From Novosphingobium acidiphilum DSM 19966 (lineage in GTDB: Bacteria > Pseudomonadota > Alphaproteobacteria > Sphingomonadales > Sphingomonadaceae), in the NCBI RefSeq assembly GCF_000429005.1, contig NZ_AUBA01000034.1, forward strand, positions 1-6,921: a stretch of DNA of 6,921 nucleotides. Direction: 5' to 3'. The notes beneath the pieces are model-generated. The model had not been told where the DNA came from. It did no database searches and saw only the letters and a program-made list of their open reading frames with translations. The translations under genes were made by a program, and so were the position numbers. Below are positions 5,182-6,921 of the stretch, one piece after another (the first letter of the stretch is position 1; the number at the start of each line of letters is the position of its first letter).

Positions 5182-5603
5182 CGCGCCAAAGCCTTCGCCG
5201 CTTTGCCAAAAGCCACATCATCGTTCTGCGCCCCGTAGACCTTGCCCCGCAAAGCTCGCTGCTGATCAGCCATCGTGGAATCAGCTTGACGAATTCCCTG
5301 CTGGATCTTGGAAAACTCCTTAGAACGGTCCTCAGCATCATTCTGGGCGCTCGGGGTGTTACTGCTGCTCTCGGGCTGCTCTGACTTCTGAGGACCGCTT
5401 GCAGGAGAGGCCTTTGGCGGTTTCGCTGATCGTGGGCGTATCTGCTTTGCCAGAGCCGTGTTCCGTGCCGCCAGTTTCCCCGTAAGCTCTGATGCAACAG
5501 CCAGGAGCATATCCGCATCCTGCTTGATCGTCTTGCTCTCAGACTCGTCAGCCATCTGCACCAGCAGAGCCAGCCAGCGTGTAATCTCTTCCCGTGCGTC
5601 CAT
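5178..5603 (-). CDS. Hypothetical protein of about 141 aa with helical ends and a low-complexity Pro/Ser/Lys/Gln-rich middle
   Basis: The ORF track starts at GTG 5610-5612, but that codon lies inside the Shine-Dalgarno site. AAGGAG (reverse complement of 5612-5617) sits 8 nt upstream of the ATG at 5601-5603, so I place the start there (MDAREEITRW...). The alternative-frame ORF 5162-5518 is Arg-rich and looks like an off-frame shadow. Confidence 0.65.
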   Translation of the reverse strand: MDAREEITRWLALLVQMADESESKTIKQDADMLLAVASELTGKLAARNTALAKQIRPRSAKPPKASPASGPQKSEQPESSSNTPSAQNDAEDRSKEFSKIQQGIRQADSTMADQQRALRGKVYGAQNDDVAFGKAAKALAR

Positions 5604-5661
5604 GCGATGCACTCCTTCGAGTGTATTTATTACAGGGCACGAAAGCGGCGGTGTTGCGGAG

Positions 5662-5675
5662 AAACTTTAAAGTTT
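5662..5675. repeat. Perfect 14-bp palindrome AAACTTTAAAGTTT overlapping a tandem TTTAAAG TTTAAAG (5666-5679)
   Basis: Read directly. It lies just downstream of the integrase stop codon (5680-5682), within the 76-bp gap before the next gene start (5603). Confidence 0.4.
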
Positions 5676-5679
5676 AAAG

Positions 5680-6921
5680 TTAGATGGGAATAATTCGACC
5701 GTCTTTGTCTCGTCTAAAATCTGCCACAGCATTCGCCAAGCGACGGTCATCGATCAGATGATAGTATGTCTTTCTGATCTCGGTGTCGCTCGTGCCACAC
5801 ATTTCTGCGACTTGCTGAAACGACAGGCCGCTCAGCACTCGTTGCGTGATCATAAAGTGCCGTAAGCTGTATGGTACGATTCCTCGTGCTTCGTGATCAA
5901 CGATGCCTGCGAGCTTCACCATGCGATGAAAGTGATACAGAATCGCACGATTCGAGATGCGTGTTTTGCCGTCCAAGCTGAAGATCAGATCCGTCCCGCT
6001 CTTCGGTTTTGCAAGCTCTTTCCAGCGTTTGAAATAGTGACCGCCCCTGCAATACAGCTTCCGATCTTTGCGAACCTTGCTCGTGCTTTTTCGAACGAAG
6101 ATTTCCGCTAGTAGCTTCGATTGCAGCACTACAGCTTGATCGTGTGCTTTGAGCTTCACATCGCACCACCGAAGCTGCTGCTGCTCACCAGTGCGAAGCC
6201 CCGCGTTCGTTGCGATCAGCACATAGTGCCGTGCAAGCTGCCGCATCTGATACTCATCATCATCGAGCTTGTTAGCCTCACGATCCACATACGAACGCAT
6301 CGCCTTCGTCAGTGCGTTGTACTCGTCATTCGTGAGCGTTGCCCGCCGCACCGCTTCGTTGTCGATTTCATACTTGTTGAGCTTGGGGAAATCGAACGCT
6401 TCGACAGCAGCTTCCTTCTTGCGAAACAGGAACGACTGCATTGCGTTGATCGTGCCTTGCTCGTTGGCAAGCGTAGTATGAGCTACACCGTGCTTGGCGT
6501 GTTTCATTCGATATGCGAAGTAGCCTTCCGCAGCGTTGCGCTCCAGTTCCTTCAGCTTCGTGTCGTGCTTGATGTAGTCGAGCCAGTGCCCAAGATGCGT
6601 TGAGATTGTGCCGTATCGACCCTTCGTGATCGTGCCCAACTCGACCAGCTTCTGCTTGTCAGCAAGATAGTGATTCACGCCTTCTTCCGTCGTGATCGAG
6701 AAGTAGCGTTTGCCAGACTTTTGATCAGAACGAAGTTCGATGTAGCGATCTTCTGCACGTTTTTTGGCTGTCTCAAGATCGCGTGTTTTCAAGCTCTCTC
6801 GAACGTATTTGCCCTCACCATCGAGCCACATTCGAAAGTGCCAATACTCACCACGCTGCTCGATAAGAACCTTATCAAACAGCCAGATTCTGCCGTCGTT
6901 TGCCTTGACGCGATGTGACAT
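5680..6921 (-). CDS. int: Tyrosine-type site-specific integrase (phage-integrase family), 413 aa
   Basis: Box I is NAGLRTGEQQQLRWCDV (catalytic Arg). Box II is PYSLRHFMITQ (the Arg of the x-x-R motif). The C-terminal GTSDTEIRKTYYH carries the nucleophile Tyr. About 200 aa precede the catalytic domain, consistent with arm- and core-binding domains. The ATG is bases 6919-6921, the window edge, so a longer N-terminus cannot be excluded. Confidence 0.92.
   Translation of the reverse strand: MSHRVKANDGRIWLFDKVLIEQRGEYWHFRMWLDGEGKYVRESLKTRDLETAKKRAEDRYIELRSDQKSGKRYFSITTEEGVNHYLADKQKLVELGTITKGRYGTISTHLGHWLDYIKHDTKLKELERNAAEGYFAYRMKHAKHGVAHTTLANEQGTINAMQSFLFRKKEAAVEAFDFPKLNKYEIDNEAVRRATLTNDEYNALTKAMRSYVDREANKLDDDEYQMRQLARHYVLIATNAGLRTGEQQQLRWCDVKLKAHDQAVVLQSKLLAEIFVRKSTSKVRKDRKLYCRGGHYFKRWKELAKPKSGTDLIFSLDGKTRISNRAILYHFHRMVKLAGIVDHEARGIVPYSLRHFMITQRVLSGLSFQQVAEMCGTSDTEIRKTYYHLIDDRRLANAVADFRRDKDGRIIPI

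Larger units (their letters stand above)
1..6921. mobile_element. Segment of an integrase-bearing genomic island or integrative element; neither boundary (att site) is identifiable inside the window
   Basis: A full-length tyrosine integrase sits at the right edge and a second, short tyrosine recombinase lies internally. The remaining content is small hypothetical, lipoprotein and membrane cargo genes. Composition is mosaic: about 53% GC in the recombinase genes, about 36% in 3177-3659 and about 33% in 1-277. No flanking direct repeats or tRNA target were seen, so the extent is unknown. Confidence 0.55.

Noticed and set aside
5162-5670. ORFs 5162-5518 (-, 118 aa) and 5458-5670 (+)
   Set aside because: The first is an Arg/Trp-rich alternative frame of the 141-aa gene, and the second is antisense to it. 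Neither has a ribosome-binding site. The chosen frame has AAGGAG at ideal spacing and ATGA coupling to the next gene.
5893-6918. ORFs 5893-6111 (+), 5897-6169 (-), 6121-6603 (+), 6269-6481 (+) and 6670-6918 (+)
   Set aside because: All lie inside the 413-aa integrase gene, either antisense or out of frame. The integrase frame carries the family motifs.
1-6921. tRNA, tmRNA, rRNA, CRISPR array, IS element or transposase, and known defence or toxin-antitoxin systems
   Set aside because: I found no T-loop or acceptor-like cloverleaf, no array of regularly spaced repeats, no terminal inverted repeats around a transposase ORF, and no recognisable nuclease, ATPase, reverse transcriptase, TIR, SIR2 or toxin motif in any credible ORF.

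Overview
This window reads as part of an integrase-bearing genomic island or integrative element. It is about 50% GC and uses Shine-Dalgarno sites and lipoboxes, so the host is most likely a Gram-negative proteobacterium; the species is not assignable from sequence alone. There are eleven credible CDSs, ten on the minus strand. From right to left they are: (1) a 413-aa tyrosine integrase whose ATG is the last codon of the window (5680-6921); (2) a translationally coupled pair of unknown small proteins (5178-5603 and 4984-5181); (3) a co-directional four-gene block of envelope-targeted or small proteins, namely a lipoprotein (4425-4772), a TM2+SHOCT membrane protein (3931-4341), a 70-aa acidic ORF (3689-3901) and a low-GC lipoprotein (3177-3659); (4) a plus-strand 188-aa catalytic-domain-only tyrosine recombinase (2588-3154); (5) about 830 bp with no credible ORF (1761-2587); (6) a three-gene minus-strand operon of uncharacterised proteins (1452-1760, 747-1394, 278-706), followed by an AT-rich, repeat-rich 277-bp end. 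I saw no rRNA, tRNA, CRISPR array, transposase, or recognisable nuclease, ATPase or toxin domain, and I cannot name a known defence system here. Two pieces remain unexplained and are the most interesting. One is the ORF-free region beside the minimal recombinase, which carries plus-strand GNRA-capped hairpins and a clustered AGCAG..GCGAA motif array. The other is the four-gene envelope cargo block. Everything beyond the two recombinase calls, the lipoprotein signals and the TM2/SHOCT call is inference.
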